Counted from the stretch's first letter, positions 52,784 to 63,169 are shown. The stretch is 63,877 nt of DNA from Patescibacteria group bacterium (GCA_028707005.1 JAQTVB010000003.1:1-63877); one strand, 5' to 3'. Made by a program: numbers and translations. Notes: generated by a model not told the origin, from the sequence alone.

Positions 52784-52946
52784 TGCGAATACTACAAATT
52801 AGTAATAATTCAAATACTACAAAAATTATCCGAATACTACAAATATTTGACTATCATAATATTTGTATTATTCGCGGTTTATATTATTTGTAGTATTTGC
52901 ATATTAATTTGTAGTATTCGTATTATATATTTGTAGTAATATTTTT
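52784..52946. repeat. Inverted word arrays (CGAATACTACAAAT x3 / ATTTGTAGTATTCG x3)
   Basis: Read directly. The arrays form a ~160-nt imperfect palindrome, and the same words recur at 63175-63265. Confidence 0.9.
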
Positions 52947-52947
52947 T

Positions 52948-55023
52948 ATGGGCGATATTAATAATAAACAACAACTTTTGGAACTCTTAAAAATCCACTA
53001 CGGCTTCTCGTCTTTTCGGCCCGGGCAGGAAAAAGTGATTGATAATATTTTGGCCGGCATCGACACGGTAGTGATCATGCCCACGGGCGGGGGCAAATCT
53101 TTATGTTACCAATTGCCGGCTTTGGTATTGCCTGGCGTGACGCTCGTGGTTTCGCCGTTGATCGCTTTAATGAAAGATCAGGTGGATGCTCTTTTGCGCA
53201 TCGGCATTCCGGCCACTTTCATTAACTCTTCTTTAAGCCAGGCCGAAACCGCCAGTCGCCTGGAAGCCGTCAAGCTCGGGCGATATAAATTGTTGTATAT
53301 CGCGCCGGAAAGATTTTACAGCTTGGAATTTTTAGCCGCTCTCAAAAATATCAAAGTAAGCCTCTTTGCCATTGATGAGGCGCATTGCATCAGCCAATGG
53401 GGCCATGATTTTCGGCCCAGTTATTTAAAATTGAAAAGCGTGATTGAATCTTTGGGCCGGCCGGTGGTCGTAGCTTTAACCGCCACCGCCACCACAGAAG
53501 TTCGGGAAGATATTATTAAGCAGCTGGGCATTGCTGACGCCAGCCTGGTGATTACCGGTTTTGCCAGGTCCAATTTGCAATTCGGCGTGATTAACACCAC
53601 TGACAGCCGCAAACCGCAATTTGTCTTAGACGCCATCGCCAGTGCGCCCGAAGGTTCGGGTATAATTTATGTCGGCACCAGGGCGCGGGCCGATGAACTC
53701 TTGCAAGTTTTGTTAGGCCATAATATTGAAGCCGTAAGCTATCACGCCGGCATGGACATAGAAGACCGGAAATGGGTGCAGGAAAATTTCATGAGCGGCA
53801 AGGCCAAAGTGATTATCGCCACCAACGCTTTCGGCCTGGGCATAGATAAGCGCGACATCAGGTTTGTCATCCATTATGACATGCCGGGCACGATTGAAGC
53901 CTATTATCAGGAAGCCGGGCGCGCCGGACGCGACGGCCAGCCGAGTTTTTGCTTATTGCTCTATAGCCCGCGCGACCGCTATTTGCAAGAATTTTTTATC
54001 AAAGGCGATAATCCGGCGCCGGAACTGATTTTGGAAATTTATGAGATTCTTAAAAATTATGACAGTGAAACCGTGCTGATTACTTATGCCGCCATAGCCG
54101 AACAGCTGTCCGATAAAGTGCCGGAAATGGCCGTAGGCACCAGCTTAAAAATTCTGGAACGCTTAGGCTTGATTGCCCGTTCGCACGAGCGCGTGGGTCA
54201 GGCGTACATTAAGTCTCGCAGCTCGCAGCCAGAAGCTCGCAGCTCTTTCGTAACCAAGAGTAAACAGCAGAAGGAAATATTTGAACGGCTGTTGGATAAA
54301 TACGGCGCAGAAATGGTTAAGGGCTGGTATGTAAATCTGGAAGAAGCGGCGGAAATTTTGAATATTAAAAAGGACTCATTGGCACGGCTCATAAAAAAGC
54401 TGGCCGATTGGAATTTTATTGAATATCTGCCGCCGTTTCGCGGCACGGAATTAAAAGTTTTACAGCGCCTGAACAAGGCTGAAGTTAAGCTGGACTTCGG
54501 GGCGCTCCAGCATAAGCTTAAGCATGCCTATAAAAAACTGGATCTGATGGAAAATTACGCCTATCATTATGACTGCCGGCAGAAATATATTTTGAATTAT
54601 TTCGGCGAAAGCGACATGGACGCCTGCGCCAAATGCGACAACTGCCTGACCCAGAATATGGGTGAAGTGGAAAAGGTTCAGGTTGAAGCCAGGCATAAGA
54701 AAAAGACTTCTAGCTTATCAACCAAGCTTACCCAGCTGGAAACTTTGGAGTTATGGAATAGAGGCATGAGCATAGAAAAAATCGCCGAAGCGCGCGAGCT
54801 GACGCCCGGCACGATCGTCGGCCATCTATGTTTTTTGGCGGAAAAAGGCTTGGGTATTGACATTGATAAGTTAGTCAAGCCGGAGCGGCAGAAAAAAATC
54901 ATGGCTGCGGTGAAAAAGGTTGGCGCGGGAAAGCTTACGCCGATTCGTGAAACTTTAGGCGAGGATTATGGCTGGGATGAAATAAAACTTACGTTGGCCA
55001 AGATGAAGTCGCGCAACCCTTAA
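52948..55023 (+). CDS. recQ: ATP-dependent DNA helicase RecQ
   Basis: [29 protein letters not shown], the Zn-binding C...CxxCDNC region and a C-terminal HTH-like tail. Confidence 0.9.
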   Translation: MGDINNKQQLLELLKIHYGFSSFRPGQEKVIDNILAGIDTVVIMPTGGGKSLCYQLPALVLPGVTLVVSPLIALMKDQVDALLRIGIPATFINSSLSQAETASRLEAVKLGRYKLLYIAPERFYSLEFLAALKNIKVSLFAIDEAHCISQWGHDFRPSYLKLKSVIESLGRPVVVALTATATTEVREDIIKQLGIADASLVITGFARSNLQFGVINTTDSRKPQFVLDAIASAPEGSGIIYVGTRARADELLQVLLGHNIEAVSYHAGMDIEDRKWVQENFMSGKAKVIIATNAFGLGIDKRDIRFVIHYDMPGTIEAYYQEAGRAGRDGQPSFCLLLYSPRDRYLQEFFIKGDNPAPELILEIYEILKNYDSETVLITYAAIAEQLSDKVPEMAVGTSLKILERLGLIARSHERVGQAYIKSRSSQPEARSSFVTKSKQQKEIFERLLDKYGAEMVKGWYVNLEEAAEILNIKKDSLARLIKKLADWNFIEYLPPFRGTELKVLQRLNKAEVKLDFGALQHKLKHAYKKLDLMENYAYHYDCRQKYILNYFGESDMDACAKCDNCLTQNMGEVEKVQVEARHKKKTSSLSTKLTQLETLELWNRGMSIEKIAEARELTPGTIVGHLCFLAEKGLGIDIDKLVKPERQKKIMAAVKKVGAGKLTPIRETLGEDYGWDEIKLTLAKMKSRNP

Positions 55024-55072
55024 CTTGTTTTTTAGTTAATAGTCCTTGGCGGGAGCGGCGGCCAGGAAGCAG

Positions 55073-55101
55073 TTGACTTTTTATCTCAAATTAGGTAATT
55101 T
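55073..55101 (+). promoter_or_regulatory. Cassette promoter, TTGACT-N17-TAATTT (island D)
   Basis: The spacer TTTTATCTCAAATTAGG is near-identical to TTTTATCTAAAATTAGG in the C1/C2 repeats. Confidence 0.5.
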
Positions 55102-55122
55102 GAAAGCAGATTCAATAAAATT

Positions 55123-55185
55123 AAAGGAGGTCTCGGCATAACGCCGCGGAGCTCTTTTTAAATCCAAAAGAGAAAGGAAAATTAT
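55123..55185 (+). promoter_or_regulatory. Conserved leader: AAGGAGG embedded in a terminator-like hairpin + CTCTTTTTAAA (island D)
   Basis: Stem 55127-55137 / 55143-55154, U-tract 55155-55159, then AAAGAGAAAGGAAAATTATATG. Confidence 0.5.
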
Positions 55186-55554
55186 ATGGGATATTGGGAT
55201 GCAACAGATGAGTTTTTAAGAGAACATAGCGGCCACGGACCGACTTGCCCCAACTGTGGGAAAGCAATGTTTCCTGAAGACGACCATGGTCGTTTTGTTT
55301 GTTCCTGCAAACTGGGTGGCAGTTTTGATGTAGTAAGTGGCGAGCCAACGCAAGCGTCGAAAATCCCGCAGGTGGATACAGATGGCATGTCGGACGCGGA
55401 AAAGGCCCAAATTCCGCTGATCAACCGGCTTGAATCTGAACCGACAGCAGCCGAGGCCAAGATTCTTTTAATGCTTCTTCGCGGCCCGGAGGTCATGGAT
55501 GACCCTGAATACTTAAAGGCTCGCCAGGCCCTGAAGAGGGAAAGGGGAGAATAG
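55186..55554 (+). CDS. Small Zn-ribbon protein (122 aa), hypothetical (island D)
   Basis: CPNCGKAMFPEDDHGRFVCSC gives CxxC...CxC. The C-terminus is helical. Confidence 0.45.
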   Translation: MGYWDATDEFLREHSGHGPTCPNCGKAMFPEDDHGRFVCSCKLGGSFDVVSGEPTQASKIPQVDTDGMSDAEKAQIPLINRLESEPTAAEAKILLMLLRGPEVMDDPEYLKARQALKRERGE

Positions 55555-55581
55555 TCTTTGCTTTTATTTTCTTGGGCGCAT

Positions 55582-55613
55582 GAGCGATGTTTCGGCATCG
55601 CTCTTTTCTTTTT
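55582..55613 (+). terminator. Intrinsic terminator closing island D
   Basis: GAGCGATG / CATCGCTC followed by TTTTCTTTTT. Confidence 0.7.
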
Positions 55614-55638
55614 GGCGGAAAAATGGTAAAAAACAGAT

Positions 55639-56358
55639 ATGGACCAAGCGACACAACAAAATTTGTTAGAGCTAGTAAAGAATAATTATGATCAAATCGC
55701 GGTAAGTTTTTCCACTACGCGGACAAAATATATCTGGCCGGAGTTGGTTAAGTTGGCCGGCCAGGTAAAAGATGGTGATAAAATTTTAGACGTGGGTTGC
55801 GGCAACGGGCGACTGCTACAAGTTTTGGGCGGGAAAAACATCCAGTATCTGGGTTTAGATAACAGCGTGAAACTTTTGGAGGAGGCCAGAAACAGCTGGA
55901 AGATGTCGGCCGCCTTAAGGAGCGGGGACTGGAATTTTATTCAAGGCGACATTTTATCCCTGGAGAGAGTTCCGAATAAAGATTTTGATTATATTTTTTG
56001 CGTGGCGGTGCTGCATCATCTGCCGGGAATTGACTTACGGATTAAAGCGCTTAAGCAGATGAAAGCTAAGATCGGTTTGGGCGGGAAAATCGTGGTGACG
56101 GTTTGGAACTTATGGACTCAAGAGAAATTCAATCAGCTCATTCGCCGCGCGGCATTTTTAAAATTTTTTGGCAAGAGTAAGATGGACTATGGCGACATTG
56201 TTTTTGACTGGAAGGATCATCAAGGCCAGCCGGTGAGCCGGCGCTATTATCATGCTTTTACCAAGCGCGGCTTAAAAAAAATTGCGGCTCAAGCCGGCTT
56301 GAAAGTGGACAAGCTATATAGTGATAAATTCAATTATTATTTAATTTTAGAAAAATAG
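55639..56358 (+). CDS. Class I SAM-dependent methyltransferase
   Basis: ILDVGCGNGRLL motif I, then LGLDNS and AVLHHLP. Confidence 0.7.
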   Translation: MDQATQQNLLELVKNNYDQIAVSFSTTRTKYIWPELVKLAGQVKDGDKILDVGCGNGRLLQVLGGKNIQYLGLDNSVKLLEEARNSWKMSAALRSGDWNFIQGDILSLERVPNKDFDYIFCVAVLHHLPGIDLRIKALKQMKAKIGLGGKIVVTVWNLWTQEKFNQLIRRAAFLKFFGKSKMDYGDIVFDWKDHQGQPVSRRYYHAFTKRGLKKIAAQAGLKVDKLYSDKFNYYLILEK

Positions 56359-56370
56359 AAAAACAAACTA

Positions 56371-56399
56371 TTGACACTCAAATGGCGTGAAAGTATAAT
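56371..56399 (+). promoter_or_regulatory. Consensus sigma-70 promoter, TTGACA-N17-TATAAT
   Basis: Exact hexamers at 56371-56376 and 56394-56399. Confidence 0.7.
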
Positions 56400-56427
56400 A
56401 TAGGCACGAGTTAATTAATATAAAAAT

Positions 56428-56730
56428 ATGCCTGATAATATGACAACCGATGATTTAGCAAAGGTAATGAAAGGCGAATTTAAAAATATCAAAGGCGAAT
56501 TTAACGATTTAACCGGAATTATCAAAGGCGAATTTGACCATGTAGATGATGAATTTAAGAAAGTAAATGGTCGATTTGATAAAGTAGAAGATGATTTAAA
56601 AGAATTAAAACAAGGCCATGAAAATATGGAATTAAAATTAAGCAACGTGGCCTATCGTTTTGAAGTAGATGATTTGAAAAATCAGCTTAATCTTTTAAAA
56701 CAAAGGGTTGATTCTTTAGAACATAAATAA
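56428..56730 (+). CDS. Small coiled-coil protein (paralog of 18482..18802)
   Basis: Contains repeated GEF(K/D/N) motifs. See 18482..18802. Confidence 0.5.
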   Translation: MPDNMTTDDLAKVMKGEFKNIKGEFNDLTGIIKGEFDHVDDEFKKVNGRFDKVEDDLKELKQGHENMELKLSNVAYRFEVDDLKNQLNLLKQRVDSLEHK

Positions 56731-56827
56731 GGCGTCAGGCATTGATTTTAATCTTGTCTTGTGTTAATATATTTTTGAACTCCTTAGTTAAGGAGTTTTT
56801 TGCTATAATATAGTTAGGCGATGTTAT

Positions 56828-56902
56828 GCTCCTGTGGTGAAATGGATATCATATTTGGCTTCGGACCAAAAGTTCCGGGTTCGAATCCTGGCGGGAGCAC
56901 CA
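56828..56902 (+). tRNA. tRNA-Arg (anticodon TCG), CCA encoded
   Basis: A hand-folded cloverleaf: acceptor GCTCCTG / CGGGAGC, anticodon loop CTTCGGA, T-arm CCGGG-TTCGAAT-CCTGG, 3' ACCA. Confidence 0.8.
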
Positions 56903-56946
56903 AACAATTATCAATTAAAAATTACGAATTACGAATGTAATTTTTT

Positions 56947-57021
56947 GGCTGGGTAGCTCAGTTTGGTCAGAGCGTGGCATTCATAACGCCGAGGTCGAGA
57001 GTTCGATTCTCTCCCCAGCCA
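56947..57021 (+). tRNA. tRNA with CAT anticodon (elongator Met or Ile2; not initiator-like)
   Basis: Acceptor GGCTGGG / CCCAGCC (G1-C72), anticodon loop TTCATAA, T-arm GAGAG-TTCGATT-CTCTC. No CCA is encoded. Confidence 0.8.
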
Positions 57022-57101
57022 CTATATCAATTACGAATTAAAAATTAAAAATTATAAATTCCTTAATTCGTAATTGCTAATTGATAATTTTTAATTGACT
57101 T

Positions 57102-57174
57102 GCGCCGTTAACTCAGTTGGTAGAGTAACTGCCTCTTAAGCAGTGAGTCGCTGGTTCGAATCCAGCACGGCGCA
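57102..57174 (+). tRNA. tRNA-Lys (anticodon CTT)
   Basis: Acceptor GCGCCGT / ACGGCGC, anticodon stem ACTGC / GCAGT with loop CTCTTAA, T-arm GCTGG-TTCGAAT-CCAGC. Confidence 0.85.
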
Positions 57175-57334
57175 CAAAATAAGTAGAATCAAGAACAATA
57201 TATTAAAAATCATGGGAAAAAGGCGAGTAGAGCTCGCCTTTTATAATATAAAAAAGCCGAGAGATTTTTTTGTCAATTATAAAAGAAAAGCCTTCAAGGC
57301 TTTTCTTTTAGATAGAGCATATTGTCAATCTTTT

Positions 57335-57616
57335 TTATTTTCCCTTCAACGCATCTTTCAGAGTTTTCCCGGTTTTGAATTTTGCCACCGTAACTTGCGG
57401 AATCTGGATTCTCTCGGTTGGCCTCTGCGGATTAACGCCGCCGCGGGCATGCCTGGTTTTTGCCAAAAAAGTGCCGAAACCGGTGATAGTAACTTCATTG
57501 CCGGCTTTGAGTTCGGCCACAATGGTTCCAACCAAGGCTTCAATCATGTCCTCGGCTTGTTTTTTAGTGACCGCCACTTCGGCGGCGATCTTTTCAATTA
57601 AGCCTGCTTTGTTCAT
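57335..57616 (-). CDS. hup: DNA-binding protein HU
   Basis: MNKAGLIEKIA...GFGTF...R.ARGGVNPQ...I...V.KFK.GK is the HU/IHF signature. Confidence 0.9.
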   Translation of the reverse strand: MNKAGLIEKIAAEVAVTKKQAEDMIEALVGTIVAELKAGNEVTITGFGTFLAKTRHARGGVNPQRPTERIQIPQVTVAKFKTGKTLKDALKGK

Positions 57617-57626
57617 AAATTTAAAG

Positions 57627-58424
57627 TTAGCTTATATTAATAAATTTTGTTATTGATTTTATGCTTACCGCCTTTTTGGTTTTTTCATCAATCGTGAGCG
57701 ACACGGCGTTGAAGATCGCTCGCCCGGTTTCGGGAATAACATGAGGATATTTGGTCTGCGTCAAAAATGTTTTAATGATGCCGTCTTTTTCCACGCCGAT
57801 CACTCCATCCGCGAAACCGGTTTGGCCCAGATCGGTGAGGAGCGCGGTGCCGTAATTTGAAATCCGCGCGTCCGCGGTCATAACATGAGTGTGCGTGCCG
57901 ATAATCGCGCCGGCTCGGCCGTCAAGATAATGAGACAGAGCGATCTTTTCCGAAGTGGCCTCGGCATGCATATCAATAATTATAGCAGATATATTATTGT
58001 TGGCAAGATTAGATAAAATTTTATCCGCCTCTGTAAAAGGATTATTGAAACTCATGGGCATGAAAACCTGGCCGATCAAGCTAATCAGCAGGATTTTATG
58101 GCCATTAGCTTCAAGCACCATATGGCCGCGGCCGGGCGCGCTTACCGCGTAATTGGCCGGCCGCAGCAAGGGCAGATCGCTGTCATAGAGATTAAGATGG
58201 GCGGTATTGCCGAAGCAATGATCGCCGCCGGTGAAGGCGTTAACGCCCGCGTCCATCATTTCTTTAATGGCGTCTTTGGATACGCCGTTGCCATGAGCCA
58301 GATTGTCGGCGTTGGCGACTACTAAGTCCGGTTTTAATTTTTGCTTTAAGCCGGGCAGTATTTTTTTTACTGTCTCGCGCCCGATTTTGCCGTTAATTTC
58401 GCCGATGAAAAGAATGTTTAGCAT
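57627..58424 (-). CDS. ymdB: YmdB-like metallophosphoesterase (TIGR00282 family)
   Basis: MLNILFIGEINGKIGRE..., NADNLAHGNG and GTHTHV. It lies directly downstream of rny, as in Bacillus. Confidence 0.8.
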   Translation of the reverse strand: MLNILFIGEINGKIGRETVKKILPGLKQKLKPDLVVANADNLAHGNGVSKDAIKEMMDAGVNAFTGGDHCFGNTAHLNLYDSDLPLLRPANYAVSAPGRGHMVLEANGHKILLISLIGQVFMPMSFNNPFTEADKILSNLANNNISAIIIDMHAEATSEKIALSHYLDGRAGAIIGTHTHVMTADARISNYGTALLTDLGQTGFADGVIGVEKDGIIKTFLTQTKYPHVIPETGRAIFNAVSLTIDEKTKKAVSIKSITKFINIS

Positions 58425-58515
58425 AAGATTATTGGGATGGTTGTGATTTTTGAGATTTTTAGGATTTAATTATCCTAATAATCTTAAAAATCCTAATAAT
58501 CCTAAATGTCTTAAA

Positions 58516-60033
58516 TTATCTGGCGTATTCCGTCACCCGCATTTCCCTGATGACATTTACTTTGATTTCGCCCGGATATTTTAATTCCTGCTCAATTTTT
58601 TTGGCGATCTCTTTGGCAATATTAATAGCCGCTAAGTCATCCAGCTTTTCCGGCGTGACAAAAACCCTTACTTCCCGTCCGGCCTGGATGGCGTAGGCCT
58701 TTTCTATGCCGTCAAACGAAGTGGCGATTTTTTCCAGTTCTTCCAAACGTTGGATGTAATTCTCAAAAGTGTCGCGCCGCGCGCCCGGCCGGGCCGCGGA
58801 AATCGCGTCGGCAACTTTAACGATAACTGAAATCAAACCGTTGGGGCGGTCGTCATGGTGAGTCAAGATCGGGGCGATCAATTCTTCCGGCAAGCCGAAC
58901 TTTTTGCCGATATTGGCGCCGATTTCCGGATGCGTGCCCTGGACTTCATGGTCAACCGCTTTGCCGATATCATGAAGCAGGCCGCCCTTTTTAGCCAAAG
59001 TTACGTCCGCGCCCAGCTCTTCCGCGATTAAAGCTGATAAATGGGCGACTTCCACCGAATGCCTTAAAGCGTTCTGGCCATAGCTGGTGCGGTATTTCAA
59101 GCGTCCCAGGATTTGCACCAGTTTAATGTCAAAGCCGGCCACGCCGACTTCATACATAGCTTCTTCGCCGGCTTTTTTAATATCCAAAGCCAGTTCTTCT
59201 TTAGCCTGTTTGATGGCGTCTTCAATCTTGGTTGGATGGATGCGGCCGTCTTTTATTAAATGGTCTAAAGTTCTTTTGGCAACATGCCGTCTGATCGGGG
59301 AGAAGCCGGAAATAGTGATGGCGTTGGGCGTGTCGTCAACGATAATTTCCACGCCGGTAAGCTGTTCAATAACTTTAATATTGCGCCCTTCGCGGCCGAT
59401 GATCCGGCCCTTCATCTCGTCATTGGGCAGATCAACCGTGGTAGTGGTTATTTCCGTAGCAAAGGTTGAGGCCAGGCGCTGCATGGCTCCGGCCATCATG
59501 TCGCGGGCCTTGTCCTCAAGGCTGTCCGAGGATTCTTTTTCCAGCTTGTTGATCCTGATAACCAAATCATCTTTAATTTCCCGCTCGATATTTTTAAATA
59601 AAACCTCTTTAGCTTCCTCTTTGGTTAAGCCGGCGATTTTTTCCAATTTGGCCAGCTGTTCATCATGAATTTTTTTAATTTTCTCTTTAACCTCTTCCAC
59701 TTTATTGACTTTGTCATAAAGCAGCTGCTGTTTGTCCTGGAGTTCCAGGAGTTTTTGCGAGAAAACGGTTTCTCTTTTTTCCAATCTGGCTTGCAGGTTG
59801 TTGACCTCCTGTCGTCTTTTATCATCTTCCCGTTTCGCTTCCTCAATAATTTTTAAGGCTTTGTCCTGTGCGGCCAAGAGGAGTTCTTTTTGCTTAGCCT
59901 TGGTTTCGGTTAAGACTTTTTCGGCATGCGCTTCCGCATTCGCTACTTTAGCCGAAGCTCTTTTTTTTCTGGTCCAATAGCCAACAAAAAAACCGCCGAT
60001 TACCGCCAGAAGACCAATGATTAATAAATCCAT
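58516..60033 (-). CDS. rny: Ribonuclease Y
   Basis: N-terminal TM, coiled coil, KH domain (GRIIGREGRNI) and HD domain (LLHDIGKA). Confidence 0.9.
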   Translation of the reverse strand: MDLLIIGLLAVIGGFFVGYWTRKKRASAKVANAEAHAEKVLTETKAKQKELLLAAQDKALKIIEEAKREDDKRRQEVNNLQARLEKRETVFSQKLLELQDKQQLLYDKVNKVEEVKEKIKKIHDEQLAKLEKIAGLTKEEAKEVLFKNIEREIKDDLVIRINKLEKESSDSLEDKARDMMAGAMQRLASTFATEITTTTVDLPNDEMKGRIIGREGRNIKVIEQLTGVEIIVDDTPNAITISGFSPIRRHVAKRTLDHLIKDGRIHPTKIEDAIKQAKEELALDIKKAGEEAMYEVGVAGFDIKLVQILGRLKYRTSYGQNALRHSVEVAHLSALIAEELGADVTLAKKGGLLHDIGKAVDHEVQGTHPEIGANIGKKFGLPEELIAPILTHHDDRPNGLISVIVKVADAISAARPGARRDTFENYIQRLEELEKIATSFDGIEKAYAIQAGREVRVFVTPEKLDDLAAINIAKEIAKKIEQELKYPGEIKVNVIREMRVTEYAR

Positions 60034-60383
60034 AGGTTTATTTTCTAGCGTCGGAGGTCAATATTATTCGCATGTGCGGCATTTGTAGTGCCGCTCGCGA
60101 AGCGATAACATAAAACAAGACTAAATTTATTTTAGTTCGGGCAAGATATTTTGGGCGTTTTTTGATGTTTCAGTGCCAAGGTTACGATCACAAAATTTTG
60201 CTAATCTAAAAGTAAAATTTAAACTTGTAAAATTATTCCGTTAGTCATCCGACTGCTAGAACTTATTAAGATTATTTTACATTTTTTAGCTTAACATAAG
60301 GAGCGGGGTTTGGCAAGAGGCGAGACTAAAAAGAGGTCGAACCTCTAACTTGAAGGTTCGACCTCTTGGCAAGCAAGCTGTTA

Positions 60384-60899
60384 TTAGGCAAGATTTAGTA
60401 TCTCGGCTTTGTTCGTTTTGGTGTCGTAAATGGCGACCGTTATCGCGTCATCCAATTTAGACTCTCTTATTCCGCAAATTGATCCCGGGTTAACATGAGT
60501 TGTCTTATTGTAGGTTTTAATGCCGGCCAAATGATTATGCCCGGAAAAGACGGCGTCATATTTATTACAGCTTATTAGGGCTTGAAGCAGCTGGGGAGAT
60601 TCTCCATGGTAGGCGATAATTTTTTTGCCGTCTAAATTAAGCTCCACTGTTTCTTTTTGGAAATCAATATTCCAGGCGCGTTCTTTCGCTCTAGCTAAAA
60701 AACGGTAAGTATCATTTTCATTATTACCGAAAATTGAAATGATTTTACAATTCAGCTCTTGGCAAAAGTCGGGCATAAAGGGCGAGACCCAGTCGCCGCA
60801 ATGTATGACCAATTCTACTTTTTGTTCATTAAAAAGCTTAATTGCTTTCAGCAAATTGGCCGCGTTGTCATGGGTGTCGGAAATTATGCCTAATTTCAT
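60384..60899 (-). CDS. MJ0936/YfcE-family metallophosphoesterase
   Basis: MKLGIISDTHDN, HCGDW, GNNE and GHNH motifs. Confidence 0.75.
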   Translation of the reverse strand: MKLGIISDTHDNAANLLKAIKLFNEQKVELVIHCGDWVSPFMPDFCQELNCKIISIFGNNENDTYRFLARAKERAWNIDFQKETVELNLDGKKIIAYHGESPQLLQALISCNKYDAVFSGHNHLAGIKTYNKTTHVNPGSICGIRESKLDDAITVAIYDTKTNKAEILNLA

Positions 60900-60904
60900 A
60901 TAGT

Positions 60905-61492
60905 TTATTTAGTGATTATCTTATCCACGATGCCGTATTTTTTCGCGTCTTCAGCGCTCATAAAGTTATCGCGGTCAGTGTCTTTCTCGATCGTGGCGAT
61001 CGGCTGGCCCGTATGCTTGGCCAAGATTCTGTTTAATTTTTCCCTTACTCTCAGGATGTGCTCCGAATGGATTTTGATATCCGAAGCCTGGCCTTCAAAA
61101 CCGCCCATCACCTGATGGATCAGAATTTCCGAATTGGGCAAGGTGAATCTTTTGCCGGGCGCGCCGGCGGCCAGGAGCACCGCGCCCATGGAAGCGGCCA
61201 GGCCGACGCAAATCGTGGAAACGTCGCATTTGACGTATTGCATGGTATCGTAAATCGCCATGCCGGCTGTGACCGAGCCGCCGGGCGTGTTGATGTAAAA
61301 TTTTATGTCCTTATCTTTACTTTCCGCGTCCAAGAATAAAAATTGCGCGATCACAATATTGGCAACATGGTCGGAAATCGGTTCGCCCAAAAAAATAATG
61401 CGGTCTTTTAGCAGGCGCGAGTAGATATCATAGGCCCGCTCAATTTGGCCTGATTTTTCAATCACGGTGGGTATTAATGGCATATAATTCAA
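60905..61492 (-). CDS. clpP: ATP-dependent Clp protease proteolytic subunit
   Basis: RIIFLGEPI, the active-site [11 protein letters not shown] and IHQ. Confidence 0.92.
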   Translation of the reverse strand: MNYMPLIPTVIEKSGQIERAYDIYSRLLKDRIIFLGEPISDHVANIVIAQFLFLDAESKDKDIKFYINTPGGSVTAGMAIYDTMQYVKCDVSTICVGLAASMGAVLLAAGAPGKRFTLPNSEILIHQVMGGFEGQASDIKIHSEHILRVREKLNRILAKHTGQPIATIEKDTDRDNFMSAEDAKKYGIVDKIITK

Positions 61493-61723
61493 TGTTAATA
61501 GTTAGATTTAATCAGCAAATTATTTTAATTTTAATAGTTTTATTCCTTAAAGTCAATATGATCAAATTTTTAATTTTCCTGCCTACCGGCAGGCAGGCAA
61601 TTTTTAATTTTTAAACAATTTTCAATGAATTAATTTCCAATTTTTAAATAATTATTTATTTCTGTTTGAAAATTGATACATTGGATTATTGTTTAGAAAT
61701 TAGAAATTAGAAATTGAAAATTG
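61493..61723. repeat. Word-hairpin-word spacer
   Basis: AATTTTTAATTTT words flank CCTGCCTACCGGCAGGCAGG (61578-61597). The block 61616-61643 matches 17672-17699, and AGAAATT words follow. Confidence 0.9.
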
Positions 61724-62680
61724 TTACACCACTCTCCACCCGCTCGCCGTTTTTTCCAGCTTCCCGTCAATAGTGAAGCCGGCGGCCCGGGCGTGCCCGC
61801 CGCCACCCAGGATTTGCGCCAGCCGGGCCATGTCAACTTTAGGCCTTGAGGTGCGCAAACTGCCTTTTATTTTGTTGCCCGGGACCTCCCTTAGAAGCAA
61901 CAGGCCATTGGTTTTTTCCAAGTTGCTTAAAAATCCGGAGACGCCTTCCATATCCTCCTCGGTAATGTCTTCGGGCATATCCGTGGCGCGCAAAACCGTA
62001 AAGGCGAAATTATATTTTTTGCTGATTTCCAAATTGGACATGGCCTTGCCCCAGGCTTTCATTGAGGCCAGGCTTTTGTTGCGCCAGGTGTTTTCCATAA
62101 TCTGCGGCAGCCGCGCTCCTTTTGTAAGCATTTCCGAGGCGATATTAATGGTTTGGGGGGAAGTGGAAGGGTAAAGGAAATTGCCCGTGTCGGTCATGAT
62201 GCCGGTAAGGACGCAATTGGCCAAATTTTTAGTGATTTTAATTTTATTGGCTTTTAGAAAATAATATAAAATTTCCGCGGTCGCGGCCGCCGCGGCGTCG
62301 CGTATTTCCAGATTCGCGTAATCATCAATCTTCGGGTGATGGTCGATTTCCAGCACCTGCTGGCCGGGAAGCCGGTTGGCAATTTTTTGCGCCAATCCGG
62401 TCCGCTTCAAGTTGCCGCAATCCAGGACGATGATCAGATCAAAGTCAAAGCGTTCTTGGCTGGCCGTAAATTTTTCCAGATGCGGCAGAAAATCAAATTG
62501 AGCATGGGCTTGATCCTGGCAGTAAAGAGAAAATTTTTTATTAAGCAATGTCAAAATTTCAGCCATCAAGCAAGCTGAAGCGATAGCGTCGCCGTCCGGG
62601 TTGGCGTGAATGACGACCAGAGTGTTAGCGGCGGCTTTGATTAAATTGTAGGCTCTGGTGAATAGAGAGTGATCTGTCAT
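61724..62680 (-). CDS. nrnA: DHH/DHHA1 phosphoesterase (NrnA-like)
   Basis: HANPDGDAIAS, DCG, DHH (EIDHHP) and GGGH motifs. Start moved to the internal Met because the upstream codons are spacer words. Confidence 0.75.
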   Translation of the reverse strand: MTDHSLFTRAYNLIKAAANTLVVIHANPDGDAIASACLMAEILTLLNKKFSLYCQDQAHAQFDFLPHLEKFTASQERFDFDLIIVLDCGNLKRTGLAQKIANRLPGQQVLEIDHHPKIDDYANLEIRDAAAAATAEILYYFLKANKIKITKNLANCVLTGIMTDTGNFLYPSTSPQTINIASEMLTKGARLPQIMENTWRNKSLASMKAWGKAMSNLEISKKYNFAFTVLRATDMPEDITEEDMEGVSGFLSNLEKTNGLLLLREVPGNKIKGSLRTSRPKVDMARLAQILGGGGHARAAGFTIDGKLEKTASGWRVV

Positions 62681-62782
62681 ATATAATCTTGAGAAAATTT
62701 CCAATTTCCAAATCCCAATTTCCAATAAAATGCCCAAATCATAATGACCAACGAATCCTAAACCATAAGTCTCAAATATCGC

Positions 62783-63169
62783 TTAGGATTTAAGGCTTGA
62801 GGCTTGGTTGGTCATTGGGATTTGGTCATTGGGATTTTCTTCTTTGATTTGTTTAATTATCTCCTCAATTTTCGCCGCTTGGCTTTCCGTAGTGTCCAGC
62901 GTCCAATGGAAGGAGGGGATTTGCCTGATTTTCAGCTTTTTTTTTAAAGATTGGCTGAAATAGCCGGAAAGCTTTTTTAATTTTTTCAGAACCGAAGGGC
63001 TGAATTTTTCCGGCAGTATTGAGATCCCTATTTTCGCGTGTTTTAAATCGGTTGCGCAGTCGACAAAGCTCACGGTAATCAGGCCGTTCTTTAAAGGCAT
63101 TTCCTTAACAATCAGGATGGCCAATTCTTCTCTAAGCTGGTCGTTTAATTGTTCAATGCGTCTGGGCAT
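62783..63169 (-). CDS. rbfA: Ribosome-binding factor A, with a repeat-derived C-terminal tail
   Basis: MPRRIEQLNDQLREELAILI...VSFVDCATDLKHAKI. It lies downstream of infB, the usual order. Confidence 0.8.
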   Translation of the reverse strand: MPRRIEQLNDQLREELAILIVKEMPLKNGLITVSFVDCATDLKHAKIGISILPEKFSPSVLKKLKKLSGYFSQSLKKKLKIRQIPSFHWTLDTTESQAAKIEEIIKQIKEENPNDQIPMTNQASSLKS

